Source: Dehalococcoidia bacterium
GTDB lineage: Bacteria; Chloroflexota; Dehalococcoidia; Lucifugimonadales; UBA2962
Direction: 5' to 3'
Assembly (NCBI GenBank): GCA_034421295.1
Contig: DAOUKM010000008.1
Span: 23,092-87,091, forward strand
DNA: 64,000 nucleotides
A program made the position numbers and the translations under genes. Positions 60,857-64,000 of the stretch are shown piece after piece. A model generated the notes under the pieces. That model made no database searches. It saw only the letters and a list, made by a program, of their open reading frames with translations, and was not told the DNA's origin. Position 1 is the first letter of the stretch, and the number at the start of each line of letters is the position of its first letter.

Positions 60857-61516
60857 ATGACAGTCACAACCGAAGGTCCACCGCATTACTCCGACGGCGA
60901 GCTACAGATATACAAGTTCCCCAGCGGTCCCCTGGACAACAACTCCTACCTGATCGTCTGCCCGGACACCAACCGAAGCATCGTCATAGACACGCCGGCG
61001 GACGCATCACGGATGGTGGAGGCGGCAAGGCGCACCGATGTGCAGATGGTCCTCATCACCCACGGCCACTTCGATCACATCCTGGGGTACGAGGAGATAC
61101 TCGCCGAGCTGGATGTCGAAGCCGGCATCGGCAGGCCGGATGCGGGGGATCTGCCGTCCCCACCACAATTCCTGATCGACGACGGAGACGAGTTCACCGC
61201 CGGAGGGGTCACGCTCAGGGCTATCGCCACTCCGGGACACACCCCGGGCTCTACCTCGTTCGTCACGGGACGGCACCTGTTCGCGGGAGACACCCTGTTT
61301 CCCGGCGGCCCGGGCAAGTCGGATTCGCCCCGGGCCTTCACACAACTGGTCGACAGCATCTCAACGAGGCTTCTCACCCTGGACGGGCGCACAACCATCT
61401 ACCCGGGCCACGGCGCCGACGGCTCGCTGCAGGACGCAATCGACGAGTACGAGGCCTTCGCGTCCAGACCACACCCAGAAGGCCTGTATGGAGACGTAGT
61501 CTGGCTGGAGAACTGA
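60857..61516 (+). CDS. MBL-fold metallo-hydrolase (glyoxalase II-like)
   Basis: THGHFDHILG metal motif and TPGHTPGS. ATG at 60857 has AGGAGG upstream. Confidence 0.88.
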   Translation: MTVTTEGPPHYSDGELQIYKFPSGPLDNNSYLIVCPDTNRSIVIDTPADASRMVEAARRTDVQMVLITHGHFDHILGYEEILAELDVEAGIGRPDAGDLPSPPQFLIDDGDEFTAGGVTLRAIATPGHTPGSTSFVTGRHLFAGDTLFPGGPGKSDSPRAFTQLVDSISTRLLTLDGRTTIYPGHGADGSLQDAIDEYEAFASRPHPEGLYGDVVWLEN

Positions 61517-62772
61517 AGGACGTCGACGTCCTGGTAATCGGCGCGGGGATCATCGGGATCTGCAGCGCCTATTACCTCCTGCAACGCGGGCGGCAGGTGA
61601 CCGTCATCGATCGTACGGGCGTGGCGGCGGGCAGTTCGGCCGGCAACTCCGGGCTCATCGTGCCAAGCCATTCGATACCGCTGGCGGCTCCCGGCGTGAT
61701 CACCAGGAGCCTGCGATGGCTGCTCGACCCATCAAGTCCATTCTTCGTAAAGCCACGCCCGAGCCGCGAGCTGGCGTCCTGGCTGTGGCGGTTCCTTTCT
61801 GCGGCCCGCCACGGGCCGATGGAAAGGTCGGCCGGCATACTCTCCGCCCTGACACTGGCAAGCGCGCGGGAATACGAGGAGCTCATCCCCGGAGAGCAGA
61901 TCGAATGCCACTACGTGCGGCGGGGACTGCTGGGCCTTTACACAACCCGGGAAGGACTGGCGGAGGGCGCGGCCGAGGCCGAGCTCATGCGCGGGCACGG
62001 GATCCGTTCCACCGGTCTTGAGCCGCACGAGATCCTCGAGATAGAGCCCTCCGTTGCGCCGCAGGTAAAGGGAGGCGTGCTCTATGAGACGGACTCGAAC
62101 CTCGAGCCGACCGAGTTGATGCGCGGGCTCGCCGCAAGGGTCGTGGCCATGGGCGGCGTGATCGAGTCGGGGCGGGAGGTAACTTCGATTTCCACGCGCG
62201 GGGGCATGGTTACGGGCGTAACGACGGCCGGGTCGCTGTATCAGCCGAACGAGGTAGTTCTGGCGGCCGGCTCCTGGTCCCCACAGTTAGGCCGATATCT
62301 GGGCCTTCGTTTGCCGGTGCAGCCGGCCAAGGGCTACAGCATCACCGTCACCGCCGGCGATTCGGGCTGGCGACCCGAAATTCCCATCATGGCGCACGAG
62401 GCCAGGGCCGCACTGGCTCCCATGGGAGCCCGCATTCGCATGGCCGGCACGCTGGAACTCGGGGGGATGAATACGCGCATCGACCGTCGCAGGGTCGGGG
62501 CGATCGTCGCCGGCGTCGGCCGTTTTCTGGCTTTGCCGGATGGAATGCGATTCGACCACGGGCAGGTGTGGTGCGGTCTGCGACCTTGCACGCCGGACGG
62601 CCTGCCAATCGTCGGAAGACCCGGCTCGCACGAGAACCTGATCATAGCCACCGGCCACGCGATGATCGGCATGACGCTCGGTCCGATCACGGGGCGCCTG
62701 GTGTCCCAACTGGCCGCCGGTGATGAGCCCGAGATGGATGTCGCGCCGCTCGCTCCAGACCGGTTCTCCTAG
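61501..62772 (+). CDS. FAD-dependent oxidoreductase (D-amino-acid dehydrogenase DadA-like)
   Basis: DVLVIGAGIIGICSAYYLLQRGRQVTVIDR dinucleotide fold and a DAO-family body. There is no ATG/GTG/TTG near the fold, so the start is provisionally CTG at 61501, with GGAGA 6 nt upstream. Confidence 0.75.
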   Translation: MAGELKDVDVLVIGAGIIGICSAYYLLQRGRQVTVIDRTGVAAGSSAGNSGLIVPSHSIPLAAPGVITRSLRWLLDPSSPFFVKPRPSRELASWLWRFLSAARHGPMERSAGILSALTLASAREYEELIPGEQIECHYVRRGLLGLYTTREGLAEGAAEAELMRGHGIRSTGLEPHEILEIEPSVAPQVKGGVLYETDSNLEPTELMRGLAARVVAMGGVIESGREVTSISTRGGMVTGVTTAGSLYQPNEVVLAAGSWSPQLGRYLGLRLPVQPAKGYSITVTAGDSGWRPEIPIMAHEARAALAPMGARIRMAGTLELGGMNTRIDRRRVGAIVAGVGRFLALPDGMRFDHGQVWCGLRPCTPDGLPIVGRPGSHENLIIATGHAMIGMTLGPITGRLVSQLAAGDEPEMDVAPLAPDRFS

Positions 62773-62944
62773 TGGACCCGCCCGTCCCCACCAAGAGGAC
62801 AGCCACACTCCTGGGCGCTGACGCAGCGCAGGCTGGTCCAGAGCCGTCACAGCTCTGTCGACTCCATCCCGGGAGCCGCTATCAACGGCGGGCCAACGAG
62901 ATCCCGCGCTGGCTCGCCGAATCTCCTGAAAGTAGAATCGTCCC

Positions 62945-63754
62945 GTGCAAAACCGTCTAGATCGCACGCTATCCCTGCTGAGGGAGTCAGGCACCGCAGC
63001 CCTGGCGCCCTTCGTTACGATCGGCTACCCCGACTTTGATACCTCGCTGCGGCTGGCGAAGGCGACGCTCGCCGAGGGCGGCGACCTCCTCGAGCTGGGG
63101 GTGCCGTTCAGCGACCCGCTGGCCGACGGGCCGACGGTGCAGATGACCAGCTCCCGCGCACTCGCCAACGGGGTGAACGTCGCCAGGTGCGTCGAGGCGG
63201 TGCGGCTCTTGCGCGGGGATGGAGTGGAGGCTCCCCTGGTGCTGATGGGATACGTCAACCCCTTCCTGCGCTACGGACTGGAGGATTTCGTAGAGCAGGC
63301 CGCCGGAGCCGGAACGGACGGACTGATAGTTCCCGACCTGCCTCCGGAAGAGTCCGGACACATGCGGGACCTGTGCTCGGCGGCAGGTTTGCATCTCATC
63401 CCGATGCTGGCCCCAACGAGCACCGAGGAGCGCATCGCATCGGCTTGCGCGGGTGCCGGTGGCTTCATATACTGTGTAAGCTTGACCGGTGTTACAGGCG
63501 CCCGCGGTCAGATGGCCGCCGGCGTCAGGAGGCTTGTCGAGCGGATCAGGGCTCACTCCGACCTTCCCGTACTAGTCGGCTTTGGCGTCTCCAAGAAAGA
63601 GCACGTGGCCGAGATCTCAGAATTCGCCGATGGAGCGGTGTTCGCCAGCGCCATGCTTGACGCGATCGAAAAATCGCGCCCGCGCGACGCCTTAAAGGTG
63701 GCGGGGGAGTTCGTTCGCTCGCTGAGGGGCGGGACTGGGGTCACGGCAGCTTGA
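62945..63754 (+). CDS. trpA: tryptophan synthase alpha chain
   Basis: LELGVPFSDPLADGPTVQ signature, 269 aa, GTG start. Confidence 0.93.
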   Translation: MQNRLDRTLSLLRESGTAALAPFVTIGYPDFDTSLRLAKATLAEGGDLLELGVPFSDPLADGPTVQMTSSRALANGVNVARCVEAVRLLRGDGVEAPLVLMGYVNPFLRYGLEDFVEQAAGAGTDGLIVPDLPPEESGHMRDLCSAAGLHLIPMLAPTSTEERIASACAGAGGFIYCVSLTGVTGARGQMAAGVRRLVERIRAHSDLPVLVGFGVSKKEHVAEISEFADGAVFASAMLDAIEKSRPRDALKVAGEFVRSLRGGTGVTAA

Positions 63755-64000
63755 AGGTCAGAGGCATAAGGGGGGCCACCACCGCCGACTCAAACACGAA
63801 AGAGGCGATCGTTGAGGCCACCACAGAGCTCCTGACCGAGCTGGTGGGCCGCAATGACATCGACGCCGACGACGTCGCAGCCGTTACGTTTACGGCCACG
63901 ACGGACCTGGACGCCGAGTTCCCGGCCGTGGCGGCACGTCTGGGGCTGGGCTGGACCAACGTGGCGCTGATGTGCGCCCAGGAGGTGCAGGTCCCGGACG
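63751..64000 (+). CDS. aroH: AroH-type chorismate mutase, 3'-truncated by the window edge
   Basis: This frame is not in the ORF track because it has no stop. TTG at 63751 gives LKVRGIRGATTADSNTKEAIVEATTELL...FTATTDLDAEFPAVAAR...CAQEVQVP, matching the monofunctional AroH pattern. The TTG overlaps the trpA TGA (TTGA). Confidence 0.8.
   Translation, partial: MKVRGIRGATTADSNTKEAIVEATTELLTELVGRNDIDADDVAAVTFTATTDLDAEFPAVAARLGLGWTNVALMCAQEVQVPD

Noticed and set aside
60697-61500. N-terminal 268 codons of the listed 691-aa ORF (60697..62772)
   Set aside because: This part is Arg/Pro/His-rich nonsense that overlaps the well-supported MBL hydrolase gene in another frame. Only the portion from ~61501 shows DadA-like homology.

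Overview
This is a high-GC bacterial chromosomal segment, densely coding, with frequent GTG/TTG starts and strong GGAGG-type ribosome-binding sites (SD). Gene content and the long RpoB/RpoC suggest Chloroflexota or Actinomycetota, but I cannot settle the taxon. I saw no CRISPR array, transposase, integrase or prophage.

Housekeeping genes: metK (5' partial), a phosphohexomutase, polA, ald, tRNA-Val and tRNA-Asp, rpoB-rpoC, mutS2, thrB, lysC, two GT2 glycosyltransferases, trpA and aroH (3' partial).

Metabolic blocks:
- A LysR-controlled prpC-prpF-aconitase operon lies divergent from isocitrate lyase.
- An ~10 kb block is bounded by two inverted phosphotriesterase-like (PTER) paralogues. It holds a TPP enzyme, a ketopantoate-reductase-like gene, a dimethylformamidase-large-subunit-like gene, a Zn-ADH and an ABC-2 exporter.
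- Other genes include GGT, a GMC oxidoreductase, a YdiJ-like FAD/Fe-S dehydrogenase and a SulP transporter.

Most notable observation: a two-domain rhodanese (13064..13924, minus strand) has an in-frame TGA exactly at the catalytic cysteine position. A SECIS-like hairpin follows, and the frame stays open through the rest of the conserved active-site loop and C-terminus. This is a candidate selenocysteine sulfurtransferase. It heads an operon with two thioredoxin-fold lipoproteins whose starts overlap the preceding genes.

Other points worth a second look:
- A GreA factor carrying an N-terminal integrase-core-binding-like domain.
- A ~680 nt non-coding, highly structured region upstream of SulP.
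- A DadA-like gene without a canonical start codon.
- A perfect 23-bp direct repeat.
- An A/T-richer STAS + flavoprotein islet.

All calls come from reading the ORF translations and the sequence by eye. No searches or computations were run.
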